This document shows positions 50,509 through 61,637 of a stretch of 64,000 nucleotides of DNA, piece by piece. This DNA comes from Escherichia coli. GTDB lineage: Bacteria; Pseudomonadota; Gammaproteobacteria; Enterobacterales; Enterobacteriaceae. The first letter of the stretch is position 1. Each line of letters opens with the position of its first letter. A model generated the notes under the pieces. It ran no database searches. It saw nothing but the letters and a program-made list of their open reading frames with translations, and was not told the origin of the DNA. The stretch is taken from NCBI RefSeq assembly GCF_003334335.1, contig NZ_QOWQ01000013.1; one strand, written 5' to 3'. Made by a program: the position numbers and the translations under genes.

Positions 50509-53145
50509 TTAACGACATTCAGCTGATAGCTGGGTTAATAACTGCTGCTGACTCTCTGGTGGCAGTTGATAATTGGCGACACAGTGAGCATTTTCCTCTT
50601 CTCCCCATTTCACCTGAACTTTTCCCGCTAAAGGCATTCCGCTGAGGTAAACCTGACCATTATCCGCAACAATGCCGCTACTCTGGCTACTCTCTGATGT
50701 CACCATCGCCCCAAACGGCAGCGGCTTATTATTGTGGGTTAGCGTCATGAGCAGTTTTATCCCAACGCGCGCTTTAAACTCTGCTCGCACGATCGCCCCA
50801 CGGGTGGGAACAACGTTAGCGACCGCGTTATCTAAATCGACGTTATCAGCCAGGGTATTGGTATCCAGCGCTACTCTGTTCTCCCGATATTCAGTGGCAT
50901 AAGGCAGCACGGCATAACCGCGCCAGTCGGTACGCACCCCCGTCTGGTTTTCGACTTTTGCATCTTTTGCGCCAGGCGCTTTAACAAGCACCACCGTATC
51001 GTTTAACGGCTGCCCCAGCGTTACGCCATTGGCATGAGCCAGTACCCCACCGCTGACTCCGTAATAGGGCTGCTTAATATCATCGCTATGGCTGTAACCG
51101 ATGTTGGCATTGCCGTAACCACCGCGATAATTCAGCGTGGCGTAGCCTGTACTTCCGCTATTACCATCACCTCCCCCGGCGTAACCGGTTTGCACGCTAT
51201 AGCTGAGGTTGTTGTCTTCCAGCAACGTACCGTATACACCGACCAGATTGGTCATCCGACCGTTGAGATCGTGTGACATGCTGTAACTGGCACTGGCATG
51301 TCGCCACTGAGATTTACTGTCAGAACGCAGCCAGTGGCTGAAAGGAATATTGACGTTAAGCGCTAACATCTGATCCCGTCCTTTTTGCCAGGCGTTTTTC
51401 GTCAGGCTATAGCTGAGCGTCCAGTTGATATCTTCGAATGCAGTATTTAAACCAGCCTGGAATTGCTCATCGACATTACTCGTTCCCCAATAAGTTTGAT
51501 GGCTACCACTCAAATACAGTGTTGATGTGCGCCCGAGTTGCTGAGTAACGGTGAGTTGTAATTTCCCGCGTTTGTTATAAGCGAGATTGTAATAGTCGGT
51601 GAATTTCGGCTTAACCTGAATAACACCATCCTGTGTTTCGATGTTGTAGCCATTCATTCGACTGTATGTTGTATCAGCGAAATTAAAATATCCGCTGGTC
51701 GAATAACGGTAACCCACTAACTGAATATTCGTGCCTGATTCATTGAGCGATTTGTTATAGAGAAAACGCACCGATTGTCCGTCATGCTGACTGTCATCGG
51801 GAAGTGTGGAATTAGCCTGCGTCATATCCACAGACAGAGCGCCCAGTGCCCCCATGTTTTTCCCGATACCGAAATTAAACGCACGATAACGATCCGACAG
51901 TTGCGTTCCACCATATATTGTCCAGCCAGCCGGAAGGCCGTGGAGTAATGTACTCTGGAAAAAGCGGGGTTTTTCCTGCTGCGCATTTCCACTACGGTAT
52001 TCTCCTGCCGTAATGGAATAACGAGTATGCCCTTCACGTTGCAAAAGCGGGACTGACGAATAGGGTACGGTAAAGATCTGCGTGCTGCCGTCAGCCTCTT
52101 TAATCGTTACCTGCAAGTCACCACTATTACCTGCGGCATAGATATCGTTGATGGTAAAAGGCCCCGGCGGCACCGTACTATTATAAATGTCATACCCATT
52201 TTGTTTAATAGTGACCTGTGCAGTACCACGAGCAATACCGTGGATCACCGGGGCAAATCCTCTTTGGCTATCGGGTAACATATTGTCATCTGAGGCCAAT
52301 TGTGCGCCGCGAAAGTTAATACCATCGAAAATATCGCCCTGGGTATAACCATCACCCAGCGTCAGCCGGGAACGTAACGGAATTATGTCTCGCTCAAGCC
52401 AGGTATTGATATGCTGCCATTTATTTTTGCTACCTGATGAACTGTCGCTACTGTTATAACTCCAGGTGGTATTGTCGCGTAAACGCCACGCACCAATATT
52501 TAACCCACTCTGTAGGTTTAAATATGCATAATGGCTGTTACCCCCAATCCGATTCTGTACACTATTTCCGCTGAAATTATAATTGAGCAATCCGGCATTA
52601 ATACCAGGATCCCATAACTCAGGAGGAATATAACCACGCGCGCGATTACTCATAAATGCCTGAGGGATCGTCAGGTTGAGTCGCTGCTGACCAACATCCA
52701 GATGCGCAGTAGCGTCATGGATCATTGAGGTTAATGGCACGCAGGCATCATCCGCCAGCAGATTCATACCGGAGACAGAAGCCGTATTCAGCCCCATACT
52801 TGCAAGTTGCGCGCGTGTCAGGCAGGGAACAATCCCTTGTTCACTGTCGCCCGTATTAAATGTGACATCACGCGTTGCCATATAACCATTATTCAAATAG
52901 ATATCGACACGATACGTCCCTGGCGGTAATTCTTGCCCATTTTCAAAACGCGATAAATCGGCCACAGCCTGGGGATCATCCGCTAAAAAGCGCGGATTAA
53001 AATAGAGTTCGGCAGATGACAAAGGTGCCTGTGCGGCAAAAGCACAGGCGACAAAGAGCCGGACAAAAAAACCAGCCAAACGATGCTTACGAATATGCAA
53101 GCATTGTGTGTTTCGCTGGTAAAGTCTTAAATTCAGATATGACAT
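50509..53145 (-). CDS. fimD: Type 1 fimbrial outer-membrane usher FimD
   Basis: 878-aa usher ORF. Confidence 0.95.
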   Translation of the reverse strand: MSYLNLRLYQRNTQCLHIRKHRLAGFFVRLFVACAFAAQAPLSSAELYFNPRFLADDPQAVADLSRFENGQELPPGTYRVDIYLNNGYMATRDVTFNTGDSEQGIVPCLTRAQLASMGLNTASVSGMNLLADDACVPLTSMIHDATAHLDVGQQRLNLTIPQAFMSNRARGYIPPELWDPGINAGLLNYNFSGNSVQNRIGGNSHYAYLNLQSGLNIGAWRLRDNTTWSYNSSDSSSGSKNKWQHINTWLERDIIPLRSRLTLGDGYTQGDIFDGINFRGAQLASDDNMLPDSQRGFAPVIHGIARGTAQVTIKQNGYDIYNSTVPPGPFTINDIYAAGNSGDLQVTIKEADGSTQIFTVPYSSVPLLQREGHTRYSITAGEYRSGNAQQEKPRFFQSTLLHGLPAGWTIYGGTQLSDRYRAFNFGIGKNMGALGALSVDMTQANSTLPDDSQHDGQSVRFLYNKSLNESGTNIQLVGYRYSTSGYFNFADTTYSRMNGYNIETQDGVIQVKPKFTDYYNLAYNKRGKLQLTVTQQLGRTSTLYLSGSHQTYWGTSNVDEQFQAGLNTAFEDINWTLSYSLTKNAWQKGRDQMLALNVNIPFSHWLRSDSKSQWRHASASYSMSHDLNGRMTNLVGVYGTLLEDNNLSYSVQTGYAGGGDGNSGSTGYATLNYRGGYGNANIGYSHSDDIKQPYYGVSGGVLAHANGVTLGQPLNDTVVLVKAPGAKDAKVENQTGVRTDWRGYAVLPYATEYRENRVALDTNTLADNVDLDNAVANVVPTRGAIVRAEFKARVGIKLLMTLTHNNKPLPFGAMVTSESSQSSGIVADNGQVYLSGMPLAGKVQVKWGEEENAHCVANYQLPPESQQQLLTQLSAECR

Positions 53146-53211
53146 TATTCCTCCGGTTTAAAATCACCTGGCAGTCAATTCTTTTTATTCAGGCGAAAAA
53201 TTCCCCCTGCG

Positions 53212-53937
53212 TTATTCCATTACGCCCGTCATTTTGGGGGTAAGTGCGCCATAATCATTTATTGTTCGGTAAGTAATATTGCTTCCTGCATCAGAAGGCA
53301 ATTTAACCGTGCTTTCGCCCATTGGAGGCACCAATGCATTTTCAAGAACCCGGGTTCCGGCATTCAACTCTGTTACCGTCAGGTAATAGGGTGTCGGGTT
53401 AATCAGAGTCAGAGAATTCGCGCTACGACGAAATCTTAATTTTTCTGCGGCCTGATCGGGTGGCAACGCTAATTTAGCCGGGCGATAGTACAGTTTAATG
53501 CGGCTGATAATTGCGAGCTGTAGCGTATTCTCAGTCAATTTTGATTTATCCATTGACGGAATCGCTTTAACGTTCATCCAGAATAAACTTTCCCGATCCT
53601 GTGGCAATTGGTTATTTGTTGCATCAAGAATACGTAAGGTATTCTCTTTTTTTCCCTTCATCGCAAACAGAGGTGGCGTCACGATAAAACGACCATCCTT
53701 TACACCATCGGCATTTTCCACCCATGATTGAATTAAATAGGTGCTATTTTCATCATTATTTGTCACGGCAAGTTGCACTTGTTTTTGCCCTGCCGGATAA
53801 ATTACGCGAGTCGCACCTAAGGCCACTCCCGCTTCGGCGCGTCCGGCAACCATCATTGCCATGAACATCAGGATACCTGCCAGCAAGCAGAATGTTATTT
53901 CCTGCGATTTCCTTACATTGACGTTTTTATTACTCAC
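53212..53937 (-). CDS. fimC: Type 1 fimbrial periplasmic chaperone FimC
   Basis: 241-aa PapD-like chaperone ORF. Confidence 0.95.
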   Translation of the reverse strand: MSNKNVNVRKSQEITFCLLAGILMFMAMMVAGRAEAGVALGATRVIYPAGQKQVQLAVTNNDENSTYLIQSWVENADGVKDGRFIVTPPLFAMKGKKENTLRILDATNNQLPQDRESLFWMNVKAIPSMDKSKLTENTLQLAIISRIKLYYRPAKLALPPDQAAEKLRFRRSANSLTLINPTPYYLTVTELNAGTRVLENALVPPMGESTVKLPSDAGSNITYRTINDYGALTPKMTGVME

Positions 53938-53973
53938 TGTCCTGTTCCTGTTATCACATTATCTGCTGAACAA

Positions 53974-54513
53974 TTACTGATAGGTTAAAGAGAACCAGGC
54001 CTGGGCATTGGCGATGCCGCCAGTAACCCGACGCCCGGTAGCACGATATTTGGCGATGAAATGTAGCGAAGTAGAGCCTGAGTAAAGCCGTTTCCAGTTT
54101 GCTGGAGGACGATTAATCGGTACGAGGTTTCCTTCATCATCAAACAACGCTACGCCAATATTGGTGGCTATCCCTGGCCCCTCTCCCACGGAAAGCACAT
54201 CCGGATTTTTACCATCCGCGACACCGTGAAACGCCACACCCACACGTTCACTCACCACCGTGCTACATTCCCGTAAATGAATAACAAAAGGCACCGGTGC
54301 GCTATCTTCCCCTACCGCATGAAACCGGTTACTGCTGATTTGCCCCATATTGACCGTCATTTGTTTATCACCGGCTTCAATCCGGCAAGTTTCCGCAATA
54401 ATGACGCCCTGAAATTGCATATTTCCGCCGGGCAGCGTGGTGTTCCATTTATTTCCGGCCAGAGCAAACATTGGCAGCAACGACGCTAATAGAAATAATC
54501 TCTTCCTTTTCAT
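53974..54513 (-). CDS. fimI: Type 1 fimbrial protein FimI
   Basis: ORF 53974..54645; start [19 protein letters not shown] at 54513 gives 179 aa. Confidence 0.88.
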
Positions 54514-54577
54514 CGTTATTTTTATCGCACAAGGGTGGGCATCCCTGCCCGTAATGACGTCCCTGAACCTGGGTAGG

Positions 54578-55132
54578 TTATTGATACTGAACCTTGAAGG
54601 TCGCATCCGCATTAGCAGCACCCGGGGTTGCCTCGCCGATTGCATAATAACGCGCCTGGAACGGAATGGTGTTGGTACCGTTATTCAGGGTTGTTTGTGC
54701 ACTAAATGTCGCACCGTCCAGCGTCAGCTCATTTCCTGTTCTGTCCAGTATCTGCACACCAACATTTGTTGCGCTACCCGCAGCTGAACTCTGCAGAGCC
54801 AGTACTTTAGGATGAGCACTGTCAATCGCAGTCCCCAAGAAGGCAACAGCGGCTTTTGTGGCAACACTGGTATCGCAATCATTCAGCTGAATGTTAAAAC
54901 CGACAGCAGAGCTGGTTGCTCCAGTCTGCTTCAGACTAGCGGTACGAACCTGGCCCAACTGAACGGTTTGATCAACAGAGCCTGCATCAACTGCGCAAGC
55001 GGCGTTAACAACTTCCCCTTTAAAGTGAACGGTCCCACCATTTACCGTCGTGGGTGTAGTTTCAGCCAGAGCCGCTGTAGAACTCAGGGACAGAGCCGAC
55101 AGAACAACAATTGCCAGAGTTTTAATTTTCAT
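54578..55132 (-). CDS. fimA: Type 1 fimbrial major subunit FimA
   Basis: 184-aa pilin [26 protein letters not shown]... Confidence 0.95.
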
Positions 55133-55251
55133 ACTGCTTTCCTTTCAAAAAACTATTTCTAAATCGACATGGGCAGTCGTTCCGTACACTTTGTTTTGTC
55201 AACGAGTTTGACTGCCAACACTGCACAGTTTCCCCCCAAAAGATGAAACAT

Positions 55252-55566
55252 TTGGGGCCAAAACTGTCCATATCATAAATAAGTTACGTATTTTTTCTCA
55301 AGCATAAAAATATTATAAAACGACAAAAAGCATCTAACTGTTTGATATATAAATCATTTCTCTTGTAAATTAATTTCACATCACCTCCGCTAAATGTAAA
55401 GCTAACGTTTCTGTGTCTCGAAGCAACTTCCTCATTCTTCTCTCCAAAAACCACCTCATGCAATATAAAAATCTATAAATAAAGATAACAATAGAATATC
55501 AAGCCAACAAATAAACTGAAAAAGTTTGTGCGCGATGCTTTCCTCTATGAGTCAAAATGGCCCCAA
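55252..55566. promoter_or_regulatory. fimS: fimS invertible phase-variation switch carrying the fimA promoter; appears to be in the ON orientation
   Basis: 9-bp inverted repeats ttggggcca (55252-55260) and tggccccaa (55558-55566); minus-strand TTGAGA-N18-TATGAT promoter-like hexamers near the fimA-proximal repeat, pointing toward fimA. Confidence 0.8.
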
Positions 55567-55613
55567 TTGTCTTGTATTTATTTGTTTTTTACCTTTACTA
55601 TCAATAAGTTAAA

Positions 55614-56210
55614 TTAAACCTCTTCTCTTTTTAATTTTTCGTTTATGAGATTATTTCTTTCCCATAATCCGGCAAAACGAGCAGCATTACTGGCGGTATA
55701 ACGCACAGTATGGCGAATATTTCGATGCCCGAGATAATCCTGAATTAAACGGGTATCTGCACCACGCTCCGCCAGTTCATAACCGCAAGCATGCCTTAAC
55801 ATATGAGGATGAGTCTGCGTTACGGTTCCAGCTTCAATACCGGCATCGCGAATAATGCGATAGGCCTGCTGGCGAGAAAGCCGACTCCCGCGGCGAGAAA
55901 TAAATATAGCGTCGGTCCGGTCAGCGCCTTTCCAGTTAGCACGTTCCTGGGTCCAGCGTTCCACGGCTTCACGCTCATCAAAACGTAACGGGTGAACGGT
56001 AGAAAATCCGTTCTTCAGTCGGCGAATATTTATTCGACCTTCATTAAGGTCAAGGTCCTGATAATGCAGATCAAGCAGTTCACTAATACGCATCCCATGC
56101 CGATATGCCAACAGAATAAGACAATAATCTCTGGCTCCCGTTGCCCCGTAACAAACCGCCTGCATCATGGCCTGAACTTCTTTACCGGTAAGATAACGAC
56201 GTTTACTCAC
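55614..56210 (-). CDS. fimE: Tyrosine recombinase FimE (switch ON-to-OFF)
   Basis: 198-aa ORF with tyrosine-recombinase C-terminal motifs (HMLRHACGY...LGHRNIRHTVRYT). Confidence 0.93.
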   Translation of the reverse strand: MSKRRYLTGKEVQAMMQAVCYGATGARDYCLILLAYRHGMRISELLDLHYQDLDLNEGRINIRRLKNGFSTVHPLRFDEREAVERWTQERANWKGADRTDAIFISRRGSRLSRQQAYRIIRDAGIEAGTVTQTHPHMLRHACGYELAERGADTRLIQDYLGHRNIRHTVRYTASNAARFAGLWERNNLINEKLKREEV

Positions 56211-56686
56211 AATAGTAGTACTCCTGACTGAGATATATTTGAATGAATACCTATAGGAAACCTCAATCGGTCAAAATTAGCCCAATAGATAAAAAGATAA
56301 CCACACACGAAGTGATGTGGCTATCAGTCAATTACATTAAATATCATACAAAAATAAAATATCACTGATGTGATAACATCTATTTTCATTGATTTGATTC
56401 AATATAACAATAGATTGCAGTGGATTAACTTCCAGTTGCTTAAAAAATAAAGAAAAAATGTGAAAACAGATGAATTTAAGTGATGTGTAAATTTATGAAT
56501 GATTTTGTTTATTTATTTTGAAGAACATAAACCATTGTATTTTGTATGGATGTGGTTAACTTAATGTTTATTATTATAATTAAGAATCACACTTACAATA
56601 ACATCAATTAATAAATGGTTAATCATTTTTGATATATCGTAAGAATAATGTAGTTTTTAACACCATCCCTGGTATCTCAACTATCT

Positions 56687-57289
56687 CTATAAAACAGCGT
56701 GACGCTGTCGTCCTCTGGCCCTATCCCAGATGCCGTAAAAACGCCCTGCATTGCTGGCGGTATACCAGACAGTATGACGAATATTGCGATGCCCAAGATA
56801 ATCCTGGATAAGTCGCGTATCTATTCCCATATTCGCCAAAGCAAAACCACACGAATGGCGTAACATGTGCGGATGAATCTCCAGTGACAACCCGGCATTA
56901 CCACCGGAAGTCGAGATAATATGGTAAAACTGTTGCCGAGAAAGCGGATTCCCCTTACGCGATAAAAATACCCATTCGCTCTCAGCATGCGGGTACGAAG
57001 TACGGATACTCAACCAGTTTTTTAAAGCCTGAACTTCTTTGTTCAATAGCGGGTGCGTTGTTGAAAAGCCTTTTTTTAATCGATGGATATAGATACACTT
57101 TGCCTTAAGATCAATATCCGAAATCCTCAATCGACAAATTTCACTCGCCCGGAAACCATGAATAAAACAAAGCAAAGTCAGACAATAATTACGTGCTGCA
57201 TGAGGCCCGGTATTTGCTGCTTTAAGGAGTGATTCGATTTCACTATGGGTCAGGAAGTTCCTTTTTTTGTTATCAGCCTTATTCTTCAT
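56687..57289 (-). CDS. fimB: Tyrosine recombinase FimB (bidirectional switching)
   Basis: 200-aa FimE paralogue with HMLRHSCGF...LGHRNIRHTVWYT. Confidence 0.93.
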   Translation of the reverse strand: MKNKADNKKRNFLTHSEIESLLKAANTGPHAARNYCLTLLCFIHGFRASEICRLRISDIDLKAKCIYIHRLKKGFSTTHPLLNKEVQALKNWLSIRTSYPHAESEWVFLSRKGNPLSRQQFYHIISTSGGNAGLSLEIHPHMLRHSCGFALANMGIDTRLIQDYLGHRNIRHTVWYTASNAGRFYGIWDRARGRQRHAVL

Positions 57290-58302
57290 CGTTTTCCCTT
57301 ATAATTACAGACGCGCACTAGCTGTGCTGGGTTAGCAATAATCCAACATTTTAATCCTGATTATGTTTATAAAAGCGAACGTTTGCTTAATAACTAACGT
57401 AAGTGGACCAGTTCTTCTGAGTGAACTTAAATGGAGTAGCGATAGTTACTTATAATAACTTTGCCATACAAACGCCATGCTCTTGCATGCTATGTACCTT
57501 TATATATTTATAAATCTGATACGAATCGAATAATAACCCTCATCATTAATGCAACTAATCTTATCTATATATCATGTGATATGTTCTGTAACAAGTAAAA
57601 TCAACATAAAAAATTCAGCAAAATTTAATATTCGTTCAACTAGCCGTCTCACATATGACATTATTAGTCAACTGCATTTGCCACAAAATGGCTATTTCAT
57701 GGAACGCAGTAATTTCTTAGTGGCTATTATCATGCTAATTCTTAGATCCCTAGCGATTATTCCTGCCTGGTTCGTCAGCTTAGGCCATGAGATTGTTACA
57801 TTCCCTTTTATCCTGGAGATATGGGGGAACGCAGGCGACGCTTTTTCATCTACATCCGTTGGTAACTATGGCTTTGGTCACTACGACTTAAACCTTCCTC
57901 AATCACAGCTATTCGCCGGGCGATACGGCAAACAAACTAAGTGAAACATCATCCTGAAAACACCAACATCAACAAGCCTCTCCAGATCGACATCAGGAGT
58001 GACCAGTTACAAGCCACAAACCAAGAAACATATTTCATGATGAGAATTATACTCAGCCTGATGGCGGGTAAACACTTATTTTCACCAAGCTCACTGAGTT
58101 AGCTTGCAAAGCTTTCTTTGTTTAGATTCTTAATAAATTATTTACAAAACAGATTGTTAAAAGAAAACCTTTAGTTTTTGAAGACCAATGCAAGTGTTCG
58201 TCTGGCTTCACATGGCATCTGCTTCTTAGGAAAAGATCGACATATTTTGTGACACGAATTGCAAATCTGGTTTTGTTGTATGGATTGCGTGATTTTTGAT
58301 CT

Positions 58303-58322
58303 GGTATAACAGGTATAAAGGT
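58303..58322. promoter_or_regulatory. NanR operator-like GGTATA repeats in the nanC promoter region
   Basis: ggtataacaggtataaaggt: two exact GGTATA hexamers and a third degenerate copy. Confidence 0.55.
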
Positions 58323-58742
58323 GCACCACGATAGTCAATGAGACTGGGCATCTCGTAATCTATGGCAAACATCACTTCAGTTCTTTCTCATCGGGTGATG
58401 AAAACGCACTTCAGTCTGAAAGGAATATGAAAATGAGATCAACAGACACTCTATTTTATGACTCTGGGTAAAATGGATTGAGTAAGCGATATAGCTTACG
58501 AAAATTCAAATCAATTAAACATCAGCAGAGATTTTATACTCAGGTATTTAATCTGGCCCTCTGTTTATTTAAATAATGTGGAAAGAGATTTTTCACAGGA
58601 GATATTATACAAAAAATATAAAATACAGCTACCGGTTGCCAAAGACACTATAAGCCTGGCAAAAAAATATTACACAACATAAATGCTAATTGTTTATGCG
58701 GGCTTTGTATTGCTTTCTGTATCCTACAAATGAGTGAAATTT

Positions 58743-59459
58743 ATGAAAAAGGCTAAAATACTTTCTAGCGTATTATTACTGTGCTTTTCGTCCCCATTAA
58801 TTTCTCAGGCTGCGACACTGGACGTACGTGGTGGATATCGTAGTGGAAGCCACGCCTATGAGACTCGACTCAAAGTCAGTGAGGGATGGCAAAATGGATG
58901 GTGGGCAAGCATGGAAAGTAATACCTGGAATACCATTCATGATAATAAAAAGGAAAATGCCGCACTCAATGATGTTCAGGTTGAAGTTAATTACGCGATT
59001 AAACTTGATGATCAATGGACGGTGCGCCCGGGAATGTTAACGCATTTTAGCAGCAATGGCACACGCTACGGACCCTACGTAAAACTGTCCTGGGACGCGA
59101 CAAAAGATCTTAATTTTGGCATTCGCTATCGTTACGACTGGAAAGCTTACCGACAACAAGACTTATCTGGTGATATGTCTCGTGATAACGTTCATCGTTG
59201 GGATGGATATGTCACTTACCATATTAATAGTGATTTCACCTTCGCATGGCAAACGACGCTATACAGTAAACAGAACGATTATCGCTATGCAAACCATAAG
59301 AAATGGGCGACGGAAAATGCATTTGTTCTACAATACCATATGACGCCCGATATTACGCCATACATAGAATATGACTACCTTGACCGTCAGGGTGTTTACA
59401 ACGGCAGAGATAATTTATCGGAAAACAGTTATCGCATTGGTGTGTCATTTAAACTGTAG
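58743..59459 (+). CDS. nanC: N-acetylneuraminic acid outer-membrane channel NanC (KdgM family)
   Basis: ORF 58734..59459; start MKKAKILSSVLLLCFSSPLISQA at 58743 gives 238 aa; ends in typical beta-barrel C-terminal residues. Confidence 0.9.
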   Translation: MKKAKILSSVLLLCFSSPLISQAATLDVRGGYRSGSHAYETRLKVSEGWQNGWWASMESNTWNTIHDNKKENAALNDVQVEVNYAIKLDDQWTVRPGMLTHFSSNGTRYGPYVKLSWDATKDLNFGIRYRYDWKAYRQQDLSGDMSRDNVHRWDGYVTYHINSDFTFAWQTTLYSKQNDYRYANHKKWATENAFVLQYHMTPDITPYIEYDYLDRQGVYNGRDNLSENSYRIGVSFKL

Positions 59460-59478
59460 TAGACAGGAGACAGTCACA

Positions 59479-60585
59479 ATGAATAAAACAATAACGGCGC
59501 TTACTATCATAATGGCTTCATTTGCCGCAAACGCGTCTGTATTACCGGAAACTCCTGTGCCATTTAAAAGTGGTACCGGAGCAATTGATAACGACACTGT
59601 CTACATTGGTTTAGGTAGCGCAGGTACGGCATGGTACAAGCTGGATACACAGGCCAAAGATAAAAGATGGACAGCGTTAGCTGCATTCCCTGGCGGACCG
59701 AGAGATCAAGCAACCTCTGCATTTATTGATGGCAATCTGTATGTGTTTGGCGGCATTGGCAAAAACAGCGAGGGCTTGACTCAGGTATTTAATGACGTAC
59801 ACAAATACAACCCCAAAACCAATAGCTGGGTTAAATTGATGTCGCACGCGCCGATGGGCATGGCGGGCCATGTGACTTTTGTACACAACGGCAAGGCTTA
59901 TGTTACTGGCGGTGTTAACCAGAATATCTTCAATGGCTATTTTGAAGATATCAACGAAGCTGGAAAAGATTCAACCGCTATAGATAAAATCAACGCCTAC
60001 TATTTTGACAAAAAAGCAGAAGATTATTTCTTCAATAAGTTTCTGTTGTCTTTTGATCCCTCAACACAGCAATGGAGTTACGCTGGCGAATCTCCCTGGT
60101 ACGGAACGGCTGGTGCGGCGGTTGTGAAGAAAGGTGATAAAACCTGGCTTATTAATGGCGAAGCCAAACCAGGATTGCGAACGGATGCCGTATTTGAACT
60201 TGACTTCACCGGTGATAATTTAAAATGGAATAAGCTTGATCCCGTCTCATCACCAGATGGCGTCGCTGGCGGTTTTGCGGGGATAAGCAATGATTCTCTT
60301 ATATTTGCTGGAGGGGCCGGATTCAAAGGTTCACGAGAAAATTACCAGAACGGTAAGAACTATGCGCATGAAGGCCTGAAAAAATCATATAGCGCTGATA
60401 TTCATCTTTGGTATAACGGGAAATGGGATAAATCGGGTGAATTATCGCAAGGTCGGGCCTACGGAGTATCATTGCCCTGGAATAATAGTTTATTAATTAT
60501 TGGCGGTGAAACTGCAGGCGGCAAAGCAGTGATGGATTCAGTTTTAATTTCTGTGAAGGATAATAAAGTCACAGTACAAAACTAA
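59479..60585 (+). CDS. nanM: N-acetylneuraminate mutarotase NanM (Kelch beta-propeller)
   Basis: ORF 59371..60585; start MNKTITALTIIMASFAANA at 59479 after AGGAGA RBS gives 368 aa. Confidence 0.9.
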   Translation: MNKTITALTIIMASFAANASVLPETPVPFKSGTGAIDNDTVYIGLGSAGTAWYKLDTQAKDKRWTALAAFPGGPRDQATSAFIDGNLYVFGGIGKNSEGLTQVFNDVHKYNPKTNSWVKLMSHAPMGMAGHVTFVHNGKAYVTGGVNQNIFNGYFEDINEAGKDSTAIDKINAYYFDKKAEDYFFNKFLLSFDPSTQQWSYAGESPWYGTAGAAVVKKGDKTWLINGEAKPGLRTDAVFELDFTGDNLKWNKLDPVSSPDGVAGGFAGISNDSLIFAGGAGFKGSRENYQNGKNYAHEGLKKSYSADIHLWYNGKWDKSGELSQGRAYGVSLPWNNSLLIIGGETAGGKAVMDSVLISVKDNKVTVQN

Positions 60586-60590
60586 CGCTT

Positions 60591-60614
60591 CAGGGCCCCG
60601 GTAAAGGGGCCCTG
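60591..60614 (+). terminator. GC-rich hairpin after nanM (weak terminator)
   Basis: cagggcccc ggtaaa ggggccctg stem-loop; no strong T-run. Confidence 0.4.
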
Positions 60615-60649
60615 CTATCAATTTGTCATTTCAATTACGCGAAATTTAT

Positions 60650-61630
60650 ATGAACGCAATAATATCGCCTGATTATTACTATATTCTTACCGTTGCTGGT
60701 CAGTCTAATGCCATGGCGTATGGCGAAGGACTGCCATTACCGGACAGGGAAGATGCGCCTCATCCCAGAATTAAACAATTAGCGAGATTTGCGCATACGC
60801 ATCCCGGAGGCCCGTCATGTCACTTTAACGACATTATTCCACTGACTCACTGCCCACACGATGTTCAGGATATGCAGGGTTATCACCATCCTCTGGCAAC
60901 GAATCATCAAACACAGTACGGCACCGTTGGCCAGGCACTGCATATAGCACGGAAATTACTGCCCTTTATTCCTGATAATGCAGGGGTTCTCATCGTTCCG
61001 TGTTGCCGTGGCGGATCGGCTTTTACCGCGGGCAGCGAAGGGACATATTCAGAACGGCACGGAGCCAGCCATGATGCTTGTCGTTGGGGAACGGATACTC
61101 CGCTATACCAGGATTTAGTCAGCAGAACGCGAGCCGCACTGGCAAAAAATCCGCATAACAAATTCCTCGGCGTATGCTGGATGCAAGGCGAATTTGACTT
61201 AATGACCAGTGACTACGCGTCACACCCTCAACACTTTAATCATATGGTTGAAGCCTTTCGTAGGGATCTAAAACAATACCATTCTCAGCTTAATAATATT
61301 ACTGACGCACCGTGGTTTTGCGGCGATACCACCTGGTACTGGAAAGAAAATTTCCCTCATGCGTATGAAGTTATTTATGGCAATTATCAAAATAATGTTT
61401 TAGCCAATATTATTTTCGTCGACTTCCAGCAACAAGGTGAAAGAGGACTGACGAACGCGCCTGATGAAGACCCGGACGATTTAAGCACGGGATATTACGG
61501 TTCAGCGTACCGGTCACCGGAGAACTGGACGACGGCACTGCGAAGCAGTCATTTCAGCACGGCAGCCCGTCGGGGGATTATTTCTGACAAGTTTGTAGAA
61601 GCAATTTTGCAGTTTTGGCGCGAAAGGTGA
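60650..61630 (+). CDS. nanS: 9-O-acetyl-N-acetylneuraminate esterase NanS (YjhS)
   Basis: ORF 60623..61630; start MNAIISPDYYYILTVAGQSNAMAYG at 60650 gives 326 aa. Confidence 0.88.
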   Translation: MNAIISPDYYYILTVAGQSNAMAYGEGLPLPDREDAPHPRIKQLARFAHTHPGGPSCHFNDIIPLTHCPHDVQDMQGYHHPLATNHQTQYGTVGQALHIARKLLPFIPDNAGVLIVPCCRGGSAFTAGSEGTYSERHGASHDACRWGTDTPLYQDLVSRTRAALAKNPHNKFLGVCWMQGEFDLMTSDYASHPQHFNHMVEAFRRDLKQYHSQLNNITDAPWFCGDTTWYWKENFPHAYEVIYGNYQNNVLANIIFVDFQQQGERGLTNAPDEDPDDLSTGYYGSAYRSPENWTTALRSSHFSTAARRGIISDKFVEAILQFWRER

Positions 61631-61637
61631 GCGTTCA

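Noticed and set aside
57549-57944. 131-aa ORF in the fimB-nanC intergenic region
   Set aside because: Lies in AT-rich regulatory DNA where chance ORFs are common; no convincing RBS and, as far as I recall, no gene annotated here in related genomes. Kept only as a note in the findings.
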